From Kofleriaceae bacterium (lineage in GTDB: Bacteria; Myxococcota_A; Polyangia; Haliangiales; Haliangiaceae), in the NCBI GenBank assembly GCA_965215005.1, contig CBDCCZ010000019.1:64001-128000 (forward strand): a stretch of 64,000 nucleotides of DNA. The letters run 5' to 3'. The position numbers and the translations under genes were made by a program. Positions 51,050 through 60,750 of this stretch are shown in pieces. Position 1 is the first letter of the stretch; each line of letters begins with the position of its first letter. The notes below the pieces were generated by a model. It was not told the origin of the DNA, did no database searches, and saw only the letters and a list, made by a program, of their open reading frames with translations.

Positions 51050-52518
51050 GCGCCAGCGAGCTGGCTTTCTTGAGCGTCCGTGAGCAGGCGCGCCGGGTGC
51101 GAGCTAAGGAGCTATCGGCGCGGACGTTGTGCGAGGTTTATCTGCAACGAATCGCGGAGCTGGATTCCCAGCTTGGAGCGTATCTGCTGGTGGATCACGC
51201 TGGAGCCCGAGCGCAAGCCGAGCGAATCGATGCGCAAGTCGCCGCCGGCGGGGATCCTGGGGCGCTTGCTGGGGTTCCGGTCGCGCTGAAAGATGTGCTC
51301 GTCACCCGCGGCGTCGAAACCACCGCCGCTTCCAAGATACTCGCTGGGTGGATTCCGCCTTACGACGCGACGGTTGTCAGCAAGCTCCGCGAGGCCGGCG
51401 CAGTGATCCTGGGCAAGCTCAACTGCGATGAGTTTGCGATGGGCTCGTCCAATGAGAACAGCAGCATTGGACCATGCCGCAACCCGTGGAATCGCACGCG
51501 AGTCGCGGGTGGATCATCGGGCGGCAGCGCTGCGGCGGTGGCCGCGGGACTTTGCGCAGCGAGTCTCGGAACGGACACCGGAGGGTCTATTCGCCAACCT
51601 GCGGCATTTTGTGGCGTCGTAGGCATCAAACCCACCTACGGGCGCATTTCACGCTACGGCGTAATCGCGTATGCGTCTTCCTTCGATCAAGTTGGCCCTA
51701 TCACCCGCAACGTGGACGACGCGGCGCTTCTCCTAGAAGTCTTGTGCGGCTACGACCCGTGCGACGCTACGTCGATCGAGACCGCCGTGCCGCTATCTCC
51801 TGGGGACGTGGCGAGCGTAGAGGGCCTGCGACTCGGCATACCGCGTGAGCTGTTCTCGGTGAATATGGATGAGCAAGTACGTGCCGCTGTCATGACAGCG
51901 ATAGACGCGCTCGAAGCGGCGGGCGCGTGCCCGGTGGAGGTTTCGCTGCCGCACGCAGAGTACGCCCTGCCCGCGTACTATCTGCTGGCCCCGGCGGAGG
52001 CTTCGTCCAATCTCGCGCGCTTCGATGGTGTTCGCTATGGTCGCCGAAGTGGCAACGGCCCTGACGACTTGCTCGACATGTATTGCCGAACCCGCGGCGA
52101 AGGCTTTGGCCCGGAAGTCAAGCGACGAATCATGCTCGGCACGTTCGCGCTCCGCTCCGGCTACTACGATGCCTACTATGCAAAGGCGCAAAAGGTTCGA
52201 ACGCTCATCAAGCGCGACTTCGATCGCGTCTTCGAGATTGTCGACGCCGTGCTGTCACCCACCACGCCGAGTCCAGCATTCGGATTGGGTGAAAAGACTA
52301 AGAGTCCAATGGAGATGTATCTTGCAGACATCTTCACACTGAGCTGCAACTTGGCTGGATTGCCCGGCATGAGCGTGCCGTGTGGCTTTAGCGATATCGG
52401 GCTGCCCATTGGACTGCAGATACTCGGCAAAACGCTCGATGAAGCGACGGTTCTGCAGGTCGGGGCAGCGCTCGAGCGGGCCGTTGGGGCAACGGATCGG
52501 CGCCCGGAGGTCGGTTGA
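51046..52518 (+). CDS. gatA: Asp/Glu-tRNA amidotransferase subunit A
   Basis: [40 protein letters not shown]. Confidence 0.98.
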   Translation: MSASELAFLSVREQARRVRAKELSARTLCEVYLQRIAELDSQLGAYLLVDHAGARAQAERIDAQVAAGGDPGALAGVPVALKDVLVTRGVETTAASKILAGWIPPYDATVVSKLREAGAVILGKLNCDEFAMGSSNENSSIGPCRNPWNRTRVAGGSSGGSAAAVAAGLCAASLGTDTGGSIRQPAAFCGVVGIKPTYGRISRYGVIAYASSFDQVGPITRNVDDAALLLEVLCGYDPCDATSIETAVPLSPGDVASVEGLRLGIPRELFSVNMDEQVRAAVMTAIDALEAAGACPVEVSLPHAEYALPAYYLLAPAEASSNLARFDGVRYGRRSGNGPDDLLDMYCRTRGEGFGPEVKRRIMLGTFALRSGYYDAYYAKAQKVRTLIKRDFDRVFEIVDAVLSPTTPSPAFGLGEKTKSPMEMYLADIFTLSCNLAGLPGMSVPCGFSDIGLPIGLQILGKTLDEATVLQVGAALERAVGATDRRPEVG

Positions 52519-53957
52519 TGAGTGAATGGGAGCCGGTTATCGGGCTCGAAGTCCACGTGCAGCTCGCGACGAGCTCGAAGCTTTTTTCTCCTTCAGCCGT
52601 AAGCTTTGGTCACCCCCCCAACTCGCTGACCGATCCGACGGTTCTAGGCCTGCCAGGCGCGCTACCCACGTGCAACCGGCAAGCGATCGCTCACGCGGTG
52701 AAGCTCGGCCTCGCGACCGGTTGTCGTATTCGCGACAGGTCACGCTTCGCTCGTAAGCAGTACTTCTACCCCGACTTGCCCAAGGGCTATCAGATCTCTC
52801 AGTACGATGAGCCGCTTTGCGAAGCAGGCGCGATCGAGATGTGGTGGCAAGGCGGTCTCCACCGAGTGCGGCTCATCCGCATTCACTTGGAAGAAGATGC
52901 CGGCAAGAGCACCCACGGGGATGGCAAGACATCACTGGTCGACCTCAATCGCGCAGGGGTGCCGCTGTGCGAAGTCGTGAGCGAGCCGGACCTCCGTACC
53001 GCCGCAGAGGCGGCCGAGTACATGCGTGCGCTTCGCCAGTTGGTGCGATATCTCGGCATCTCGGATGGTGACATGGAGAAAGGGCAGCTGCGATGCGACG
53101 CCAACGTGTCGCTGCGCAGGCGCGGTGCAAGCGAGTATGGAACCCGTACTGAGCTGAAGAACATCAACTCCTTTAAGTTCGTTGAAGCCGCGATAGAACA
53201 CGAGATCATCCGGCAAGCGCGCATCCTCGACGGCGGCGGACACATCGTGCAGGAAACGCGCCTGTGGGATGCAGACCGCGGGATATCTCAGGCGATGCGT
53301 TCCAAGGAAGAAGCCGAAGACTACCGCTACTTCCCCGACCCGGATCTTCCAGCGCTCGTAATCGATGACAGCCTTCGTCACGACGTGGCAACGACGATTC
53401 CAGAGCTGCCGATGGTCAAGATGCAGCGCTACGTTGGCGAGCTCGGGCTCGCTGACGATGATGCGCGAACGCTCGCCGCGGAGCGTGAGCTGGCCGAGTA
53501 TTTCGACGAGGTCGTAGTGAGCGCTGGTGTGTCGAATGCGCGGCTCACTGCAAATTGGATTCAATCGGAGCTCCTGCGCGAGCTCAATCGAGAAGGCCAG
53601 AGCGTGGGGAAGTGCAACGTCACACCTGACGCGCTCGGTGAGCTCGTAGGTTTGATCGCCGATGGCACGATCAGTGGGAAGATCGCCAAGAAGGTTTTCG
53701 CCGAGATGTACGCCAACGGAGGCTCTGCCCGCCGCATCGTTGACCGAGAAGGCCTTGAGCAGATAACTGATACCGGCGCCATCGAAGCCGTGTGCGCGCA
53801 GGTCGTCGCCGCGAATCCCGCTCAAGCAGAACAGTTCCGCGCCGGGAAAGAAAATCTGCTGGGCTATTTCGTGGGTCGCGTGATGAAAGAGACCCGCGGG
53901 CAGGCCAACCCGCAGGCGGTGAACGAGATCCTGCGTCGGCTCCTACAGACGGGATGA
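52518..53957 (+). CDS. gatB: Asp/Glu-tRNA amidotransferase subunit B
   Basis: IGLEVHVQL, YFYPDLPKGYQISQ, HLEEDAGK, YRYFPDPDL. Confidence 0.98.
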   Translation: MSEWEPVIGLEVHVQLATSSKLFSPSAVSFGHPPNSLTDPTVLGLPGALPTCNRQAIAHAVKLGLATGCRIRDRSRFARKQYFYPDLPKGYQISQYDEPLCEAGAIEMWWQGGLHRVRLIRIHLEEDAGKSTHGDGKTSLVDLNRAGVPLCEVVSEPDLRTAAEAAEYMRALRQLVRYLGISDGDMEKGQLRCDANVSLRRRGASEYGTRTELKNINSFKFVEAAIEHEIIRQARILDGGGHIVQETRLWDADRGISQAMRSKEEAEDYRYFPDPDLPALVIDDSLRHDVATTIPELPMVKMQRYVGELGLADDDARTLAAERELAEYFDEVVVSAGVSNARLTANWIQSELLRELNREGQSVGKCNVTPDALGELVGLIADGTISGKIAKKVFAEMYANGGSARRIVDREGLEQITDTGAIEAVCAQVVAANPAQAEQFRAGKENLLGYFVGRVMKETRGQANPQAVNEILRRLLQTG

Positions 53958-54044
53958 CGACTGCGTAATCCGTGGCAGCGGTCGGAGATCAGCTGCTAAC
54001 TATCTGATTTTTCTATGGTCTGATCCGTAAATGCGTGAAAGCTC

Positions 54045-54072
54045 TTGACGAATCTGCTCGCCCAACTAAACT
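54045..54072 (+). promoter_or_regulatory. Sigma70-like promoter of rplU
   Basis: TTGACG-16 nt-TAAACT. Confidence 0.55.
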
Positions 54073-54108
54073 CCGCGATTCCTCACGATAACTTCGCGGA
54101 GCGCATCG

Positions 54109-54426
54109 ATGTACGCCGTCATTGAAACAGGTGGAAAGCAGTACCGGGTGGAGCCTGGCCAGACCATTGTGGTCGAGAAGCTTGAAGGCACTGCCGGGGA
54201 CGCTATCCAATTCGAGAAAGTCCTATTGGTTTCTGGCGACGAGAGCGTCGCGGTTGGGCGGCCACTCGTCGAAGGGGCTCGCGTCACTGGACAAATCGTC
54301 GAGCAGGGCAAGGGGCAGAAGCTGATCGTCTTCAAGCTCAAGCGCCGCAAGGACTATCGCCGAAAGAATGGCCATCGGCAGCAGTACACCGCGGTCAAGA
54401 TCAACGACGTGGTCGCGCCCGCTTAA
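54109..54426 (+). CDS. rplU: 50S ribosomal protein L21
   Basis: MYAVIETGGKQYRV, GHRQ. Confidence 0.98.
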   Translation: MYAVIETGGKQYRVEPGQTIVVEKLEGTAGDAIQFEKVLLVSGDESVAVGRPLVEGARVTGQIVEQGKGQKLIVFKLKRRKDYRRKNGHRQQYTAVKINDVVAPA

Positions 54427-54447
54427 GCGGACGGAAGGGCAATCGAG

Positions 54448-54720
54448 ATGGCTCATAAAAAAGGTCAAGGATCGACCCGCAACGGTCGTGACTCCGAGTC
54501 AAAACGTCGCGGCGTGAAGCGTTACGACGGGCAAGTAGTTCGCGCCGGCAACATTCTCGTTCGGCAGTGCGGCACGAAGGTCCATCCTGGCAACAACGTC
54601 GGGACTGGCAAAGATTGGACCCTGTTCGCGCTAGTCGATGGCCAGGTGCGCTTCGAGCGCCAAGGCAAGGGCGGCAAGCGGGTGTCCGTATATCCTGTAG
54701 AGACTGCCCCGCAGGCCTAA
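54448..54720 (+). CDS. rpmA: 50S ribosomal protein L27
   Basis: [16 protein letters not shown]. Confidence 0.98.
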   Translation: MAHKKGQGSTRNGRDSESKRRGVKRYDGQVVRAGNILVRQCGTKVHPGNNVGTGKDWTLFALVDGQVRFERQGKGGKRVSVYPVETAPQA

Positions 54721-54776
54721 GCACTTGCTGGGGCTGAGGGGCAAGGCTCCTCCCGACCCTGCAGTTTAAAGATTTC

Positions 54777-54813
54777 GCCCCGGGTGCCGTCGTTGCTGCG
54801 CCCGGGGCTCTTT
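54777..54813 (+). terminator. Probable intrinsic terminator after rpmA
   Basis: GCCCCGGGTGC...GCGCCCGGGGC followed by TCTTT. Confidence 0.6.
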
Positions 54814-54892
54814 ACGTTTCGGTCGCAGCGCCGGACGGAGCCGATGAGTCGCCATCACCGGCGCAGATAGCTGCGTCTATCCGACTGCAGCC

Positions 54893-55398
54893 GTTCAACT
54901 CTAGACGCGATGAATCGGTTTGCGATCCCTTCCGCTCGAGCGATGAACGGATTCGACATCCCTTCACCTCACTCCAACGGTGAACGGATTCGAGATCCCT
55001 TCACATCTAGACGTGATGAACGGATCTGCAATCCCTTCAACCTCGACGCGATGAATGGATTTGCGATCCTTCACCTCACTCCAACGGTGAACGGATTCGA
55101 GATCCCTTCACCTCTAGACGCGATGAACGGATTTGTGATCCCTTCACCTGTTGACGCGTTGAACGGATTTGCGATCCCTTCACCCTCGACGCGATGAACG
55201 GATTTGTGATCCCTTCACATCTAGATGCGTGGACGGGTTTGCGATTCCTTCACCTCCTTGGCGCGTTGAACGGATTTGCGATCCCTTCACCTCCTTGACG
55301 CGATGAACGGATTTGCGATCCCTTCACCCTCGACGCGATGAACGGATTTGTGATCCCTTCACATCTAGATGCGTGGACGGGTTTGCGATTCCTTCACC
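54893..55398. repeat. Tandem hairpin array, left part (14 units)
   Basis: Core TGAACGGATTTGCGATCCCTTCA at 54911, 54944, 54981, 55017, 55052, 55088, 55124, 55160, 55195, 55230, 55267, 55304, 55339, 55374. Confidence 0.95.
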
Positions 55399-55457
55399 GT
55401 ATCCGCCCGACAGTCCGCACCTACTGCGATGCGCGGCTTCATGGTCAGTAGGAGGGC

Positions 55458-55847
55458 ATGAAGCATCAACGAGAGCGAGATCAGGGCCAATCAGCTGCCC
55501 CGCTGGGCGGTCGTGCGCGGTGGAGCGCGGCGGAGGGAGCGGCGATGTTGGAGGAGTTGGCGGCTAGCGGCGAAAGTGACGCCGGCTATTCGCGCCGAAC
55601 AGGGGTCGCGTCGCACCGAATTCAGTATTGGCGCAAGAGGCTTGGCGCGGAGCCGCTTGCAAGATCGATGGCGGGAACGGGCGGCTTCGTGCCGGTCCTG
55701 GTGGTGGATGAGCCAGAGCAGACGATGGATCGGCGGCAGGTCGAGGTCACGCTGCGAACTGGCGCAACGATGGTGTTTCGTGGCGACTGGAATGCGGTGT
55801 CGCTACGGCCTTGGATGGCAGTCTTGGGAGGCGACCATGCTGAGTAA
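55458..55847 (+). CDS. tnpA: IS66 TnpA
   Basis: Near-identical to 33141..33530. Confidence 0.85.
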   Translation: MKHQRERDQGQSAAPLGGRARWSAAEGAAMLEELAASGESDAGYSRRTGVASHRIQYWRKRLGAEPLARSMAGTGGFVPVLVVDEPEQTMDRRQVEVTLRTGATMVFRGDWNAVSLRPWMAVLGGDHAE

Positions 55848-56175
55848 CCGTGCCGCGCGCGTCTTTGCGTATGCGTCGCCGTGTGACATGCGCAAGCAGA
55901 TGGATGGGCTGTCGACGCTGGTGCGCGAACAGCTCGAGCGGGAGCCAGAAGGTGGCGACCTGTATCTGTTTCGCAACCGTCGCGGCGATATGATCAAGAT
56001 CTTGTTCTTTGATCAAGGCGGGTACTGCTTACTGAGCAAGCGGCTGGTGAAGGGCACGTTTCAGATGCGCCTTTCGATCAAAAATGATCAATGCGCTGCT
56101 GAGATAACGCAAGCGGAGCTAAGTCGACTGCTTACGCGCGCTGAGTTGGTGCAAGAGATGTCGCAAAGCACTTGA
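55837..56175 (+). CDS. tnpB: IS66 TnpB
   Basis: Same protein sequence as 33520..33858. Confidence 0.92.
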   Translation: MLSNRAARVFAYASPCDMRKQMDGLSTLVREQLEREPEGGDLYLFRNRRGDMIKILFFDQGGYCLLSKRLVKGTFQMRLSIKNDQCAAEITQAELSRLLTRAELVQEMSQST

Positions 56176-56203
56176 ACTTCGATCCGCCGCCTGCTAGCGA
56201 AGA

Positions 56204-57811
56204 GTGCAGGTGACGGCAGCGCGCACAGAGGTTCACGAGGCACTTGAGGCGCTCGATGCGCTTCGAGACAAGGTGAGCGACGCGGAACGCGCGACGGTGG
56301 ATCGCATCATTGCTCTGCTGAGCTCGCTCGGAGACGAGGTGTCCGAGCTCAGCGAGCGCGTGCGATGGTTGATCGGCGCACCATATCGCAAGAAGGCTGA
56401 AGCGGTGCCCGCTGGACAGTTAGCGCTGGATCTGTTGAATGTGCTCGCCTTCAACCGCGAAGTGACTTCCCCGGAGCCAGTGGAAGTTGAACGCAGCGCG
56501 CCGGCAAAGCCAAAACAGAAGCGAGTGCGTCGTGGCAAGGAGCTACGTGTCGAGGTGGTCGAAGCACGCCTCACTGGCGACGAGCGTAACTGCGGCTCGT
56601 GCGGCAAGACGCGAGCGGAGCTGCCGCCAGATATCCAGCGGCGCATCATCTTTCAGCCGGCGCAGCTCTATAAGCTGGAAGAGCACCGCTTCAAGTACGC
56701 ATGTCGGCGCTGCGACGACGGCATCGTAACGGCGCCGCCTCAACTGCCTGCAAAGCCCATCTCCGGTAGCATGGCGTCAGCCAGCTTGCTTGCCCATTTG
56801 GTGGTTGGCAAAGTGCTCGATGGTCTGCCGATCGAGCGTATTGCCCGCGGCCTCCGCCGCCATGGTGCGAATCTAGCTACGTCGACCCTCAACGACTGGT
56901 TTGGCGAGACGGCACGCATGCTGGCGTTTCTCCATCCGCTCCTGCGAACAGAGCTTCTAAAGTCTAGACTCATCAGTTTGGACGACACACCGCTCAAGGC
57001 ACAAAGCCGCGGCTCGCCAAGCGGCAAGACGATGGTGCGCGGCCGTCAATGGCTTTACCTTGGCGACATCAGTCGTATCGCTTACGCTGAATTCAGCGAA
57101 GACTGGAAAGGAAAGCACCCTCGCGCTGTGCTTTCTAGTTTTTCCGGCAGCATCCAAGGCGACGGCTATGGCGGCATCAATCCGCTATTCGCCCGCGAAG
57201 GTGGACCTATCCGCGTCGGCTGCAACGACCATGCACGCCGCAAATTCGTGGCTGCGCTCGAGCAAGGCGATCGACGCGCTCAGCCGATCGTCGACATCTA
57301 CAAAGCACTCTACGCCATCGAACGCGAGGCTAAAGAGCGCGGGCTAGATGACGTGGGGCGGGGCACGCTGCGCGCTGCCGCGTCGGTGCCGACCTGGAAA
57401 CGGCTCACAGAGGCCGTTGCCAAACTCGCGCCGCAAGCAGGCAGCAAGAGTGCATTGGGCAAAGCCGTCGTCTACTTTCAGCGCCAGCTGCCAACACTCG
57501 AGGTCTTTCTTACCGATGGCTCGCTGCCCATCTCCAACGCCCACGTCGAGCGCCGGCTGCGCACCGTCGGCATCTTCCGCAAAAACTGCCTCTTCGTCGG
57601 CAGCGTCGAGGCAGGTCAGCGCTTTGCCATCCTCCTCTCGCTCGTTCTCCAGTGCGAGATCGACGGCGTCAACCCCTACGACTACCTCGCCGATGTCATC
57701 GACAAAGTCGCTAACGGCTGGATGATGAGCCGCGCCCCTGAGCTCCTGCCACGCGCCTGGCTCGCCGCCCGCGAGTGCCCAGAGCAGCCCGCCGGCGATA
57801 CTCTCTCCTGA
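56204..57811 (+). CDS. tnpC: IS66 transposase TnpC
   Basis: 535 aa; 9 substitutions versus copy 1 by my comparison. Confidence 0.95.
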   Translation: MQVTAARTEVHEALEALDALRDKVSDAERATVDRIIALLSSLGDEVSELSERVRWLIGAPYRKKAEAVPAGQLALDLLNVLAFNREVTSPEPVEVERSAPAKPKQKRVRRGKELRVEVVEARLTGDERNCGSCGKTRAELPPDIQRRIIFQPAQLYKLEEHRFKYACRRCDDGIVTAPPQLPAKPISGSMASASLLAHLVVGKVLDGLPIERIARGLRRHGANLATSTLNDWFGETARMLAFLHPLLRTELLKSRLISLDDTPLKAQSRGSPSGKTMVRGRQWLYLGDISRIAYAEFSEDWKGKHPRAVLSSFSGSIQGDGYGGINPLFAREGGPIRVGCNDHARRKFVAALEQGDRRAQPIVDIYKALYAIEREAKERGLDDVGRGTLRAAASVPTWKRLTEAVAKLAPQAGSKSALGKAVVYFQRQLPTLEVFLTDGSLPISNAHVERRLRTVGIFRKNCLFVGSVEAGQRFAILLSLVLQCEIDGVNPYDYLADVIDKVANGWMMSRAPELLPRAWLAARECPEQPAGDTLS

Positions 57812-57926
57812 CGCCAAAGCGCCGGCGAGCCCGTCCTCGGCGGCTCTTCCTGGTTCACTACATTTCACCCCCGCCTTTTCGCACGGCCGCACCGCCTTAG
57901 GCAGGTGCGCGCTGTCGGGCGCTTAC

Positions 57927-58502
57927 CCTTCACCTCCTTGGCGCGTTGAACGGATTTGCGATCCCTTCACCTCCTTGACGCGTTGAACGGATTTGCGATC
58001 CCTTCACCCTCGACGCGATGAACGGATTTGGGATCCCTTCACATCTAGATGCGTGAACGGGTTTGCAAATCGTTCACATCTAGACGCGCTAAACGATTTG
58101 CGATCCCTTCACCTCCTTGACGCGTTGAACGGATTTGCGATCCTTCACATCTAGACACGTTGAACGGATTTGCGATCCCTTCACTGCGCTCCGATCCCAT
58201 TCGCTCCACGGTGAATAGATTCGCGATCCGTTCAGCTCACGCCACGATGAATCGACTCGCGACACGTTGACCTCTCGCCGGCGGTGAACTGAATCCAGCT
58301 CTGAGTCTGGGCGTTATGAACGGGGCCGAGTTTTGTTCACTCATCGGCACGGCACCCCATCGCAGTAGTGCTGAATGGATTCGTCAGAGGTTCACTCGTC
58401 GACGCTTCACCGGGTGCTGCTGCGACTGTGTCTCCAGGGGCTCGAATCGGTGAGTACGGAGACATAAGGAGGAATTCGGTGAATGATTTCGTCAAACGTT
58501 CA
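57927..58502. repeat. Tandem hairpin array, right part (7 good units, then ~6 degenerate units)
   Basis: Cores at 57947, 57984, 58019, 58054, 58090, 58126, 58161; degenerate units, mostly TGAA-N15-TTCA, at 58212, 58248, 58285, 58317, 58372, 58480. Confidence 0.9.
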
Positions 58503-58583
58503 CGTCATGGTCGCTTCGCCGGCGGTGAGACTTGACCTCGACTGGGCTAGGGCCCTAAACGCGTAGCGAAAGAGGTCGCCCTC

Positions 58584-59588
58584 ATGCATTTCATCGATGA
58601 TGCCAAGGTTCACGTAAAGGCCGGAGACGGTGGCAACGGCTGCGTGGCGTTTCGCCGAGAAGCGCACGTTCCGCGCGGCGGCCCTGCCGGGGGCGACGGG
58701 GGCGACGGGGGCAGCGTAATCGCCGTCGCCGACCCTCAGCTTTCGACGCTGCTCGACTTCAAATACAACCGTCATTATCGAGCCGAGCGAGGCGAAGATG
58801 GCCGCGGCAAGGATCAGTACGGCAAGACCGGTTCGGACCTGATCCTGAGAGTCCCCGTCGGCACCGTCATCCATGATGCGGAGACGGGGCATCGCCTGGC
58901 CGACCTAGACCAGGCTGACGCTCGCTTCGTGATCTGTCAGGGCGGAAAGGGTGGGCTCGGCAACATCCACTTTTCGACTCCATGGAATCAAGCGCCAAGA
59001 GACTCCTCGCCGGGCACTCCGGGCGAAGAGCGGCACGTGCGCTTCGAGCTCAAGCTGATGGCGGATGTCGGGCTTCTCGGCTATCCGAGTGTGGGCAAGT
59101 CGACGTTCATCTCCAAGGTCTCGCGAGCGCGCCCGAAGATCGCCGATTATCCATTCACCACTCTGGTGCCGAACCTCGGGATGGTTCGGCTCTCCGATGA
59201 CCGTTCACTCGTTGTCGCCGATATCCCTGGCCTCATTGAAGGCGCCGCGGACGGCGCCGGACTGGGTCATCGGTTTTTGCGACACGTGGAGCGCACCCGC
59301 GTCCTGCTGCACATCCTTGAGGATTCGTTGACCGCGGGTCCTGAGCGCAACCCCCAAAAGGATTTCGACACGCTCAACGCCGAGCTCGCCAAGTATGCGC
59401 CCGAACTGGCAGCGAAGCCGCAGGTGGTGGCACTTAATAAAGTGGATCTCACCGAGACTCGTGACAGCGCCGATGCATTGACGAAAGCCTTCGCAGCCCG
59501 CGGGATCGACCTGCACCTGATATCAGCCGCCACGGGTGAGGGCATTCCGCAGCTCCTGGAGCTCATCTGGCACACGGCTCGGGCGTAG
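58584..59588 (+). CDS. obgE: GTPase ObgE/CgtA
   Basis: Gly-rich Obg fold, GYPSVGKST, YPFTTLVPNLG, DIPGLIEGA, NKVD. Confidence 0.98.
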   Translation: MHFIDDAKVHVKAGDGGNGCVAFRREAHVPRGGPAGGDGGDGGSVIAVADPQLSTLLDFKYNRHYRAERGEDGRGKDQYGKTGSDLILRVPVGTVIHDAETGHRLADLDQADARFVICQGGKGGLGNIHFSTPWNQAPRDSSPGTPGEERHVRFELKLMADVGLLGYPSVGKSTFISKVSRARPKIADYPFTTLVPNLGMVRLSDDRSLVVADIPGLIEGAADGAGLGHRFLRHVERTRVLLHILEDSLTAGPERNPQKDFDTLNAELAKYAPELAAKPQVVALNKVDLTETRDSADALTKAFAARGIDLHLISAATGEGIPQLLELIWHTARA

Positions 59589-59911
59589 GTGCTGCCGAAA
59601 TCCAGTTTGAGTGAGCGCGTGCACAGCGTTTGAACCCTTCGCTTCGTGATTCGGTCGAAGGTCGAGGATGAGCACGCGGCGTTTGTCGACCACTCCGCTA
59701 GCTCTGTCAGCGCCGGCACGACACAATGGGCAGCGCCGTGGAACTCACTCCCGCGGCGATTAGAACCGCAAGGGGCGCGGCTCGCGCTTGATGCCCCAAA
59801 TCACCGATGTTACAACTAGTTCCGCTTAATCCGAGCGCGGGGGAACTTGCCGTCCGCCACCCGCGCGGGCAATCCCGGACCAGATCCGGGGACCAAGGTT
59901 GGAGGGATCCT

Positions 59912-60748
59912 GTGAGCCGATCGTCCATTGCCGCGCGCGGCGCCGTTCTATCCGTCGTCGCAGCGGCGCTCTTGATCACCAGCGCCGCGTCGGCGCAAAC
60001 CACGCCGCCGTCTGGCACCGTCCCCCAGGGTGCCGATCAGCCCGCCGACCAGGCGTCTCCGGCAAACACCACCCCGGGCACCGCGCCGCCCGAGGGAGTA
60101 CCGCCCGAAGGAGTACCGCCCGAAGGAGTGCCGCCCGAGGGAGTACCGCCCGAGGGAGTACCGCCCGAAGACGATGCACCCGCTGGGGATCCCACGGCCG
60201 CTTCCGAAGGCGACGCGGCAACCGGGGATATGCCAGTGAATCTTCGCTTGCGCCGACTAGAGCAGCAGGTGCAAGCACTCAAGGAACGGGCATGGCGGGC
60301 CAAGGCACGCGTCGGCATGCTCAAAGAGGCGGTTCTCGGCGGCGGTGTCGGCGCCCAAGCAACCATCGTCCACGAAGACAAGATGGGCAGCTCGTTCCGG
60401 CTCGAGAAGCTTGTTTACGCGCTCGATGGCACGCAAATCTTCGCGCGCAACGATGAGAGCGGCAACCTGCACAAGCAAGAGTCGTTCGAGATCTTGACTG
60501 GCCCTATAGCGCCGGGCAGTCACACCCTGAGCGTGTTGGCGGTGTACCGCGGGCACGGCTACGGTGTCTTCAGTTACCTCAACAAGTATAAATTCACGGT
60601 CCGGTCGAGCCATACCTTCACAGCAAGTGAAGGCAAGAGCACCCGTATCGAGGTGGTCGGCTTCGAGAAGGGCGGCGTAACGACACCGCTGGAGAAGCGT
60701 CCGGCTATCGACTTCAAGGTCTCCAACTCCCAAGGCCCTGGAAACTGA
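59912..60748 (+). CDS. Secreted protein with PPEGV repeat, coiled coil and beta-rich C-domain
   Basis: GGAGG RBS before GTG 59912; signal peptide ending ASA-Q. Confidence 0.8.
   Translation: MSRSSIAARGAVLSVVAAALLITSAASAQTTPPSGTVPQGADQPADQASPANTTPGTAPPEGVPPEGVPPEGVPPEGVPPEGVPPEDDAPAGDPTAASEGDAATGDMPVNLRLRRLEQQVQALKERAWRAKARVGMLKEAVLGGGVGAQATIVHEDKMGSSFRLEKLVYALDGTQIFARNDESGNLHKQESFEILTGPIAPGSHTLSVLAVYRGHGYGVFSYLNKYKFTVRSSHTFTASEGKSTRIEVVGFEKGGVTTPLEKRPAIDFKVSNSQGPGN
60086..60169 (+). repeat. 15-bp coding tandem repeat (PPEGV x5 plus PPE)
   Basis: CCGCCCGARGGAGTR units at 60086, 60101, 60116, 60131, 60146, 60161. Confidence 0.95.
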
Positions 60749-60750
60749 TC

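Larger units (their letters stand above)
55399..57926 (+). mobile_element. IS66-family insertion sequence, copy 2 (2528 bp)
   Basis: Near-identical TIRs to copy 1; 8-bp TSD CCTTCACC at 55391-55398 and 57927-57934. Confidence 0.97.

Noticed and set aside
54910..55197. 95-aa ORF with MNGFAIPSP repeats
   Set aside because: By-product of the DNA repeat; unit lengths of 35 and 37 shift the frame and stops occur in all + frames
55230..55376. TGG instead of TGA at units 10 and 14, hinting at a preserved reading frame
   Set aside because: That frame still hits TGA in linkers (for example 55152 and near 55296)
54893..58502. CRISPR array or TIGR-type guide array
   Set aside because: Linkers are only 12-14 nt, related to each other and repeated in blocks; no cas or Nop-domain gene in the window. 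The ~36-nt period alone is not enough.
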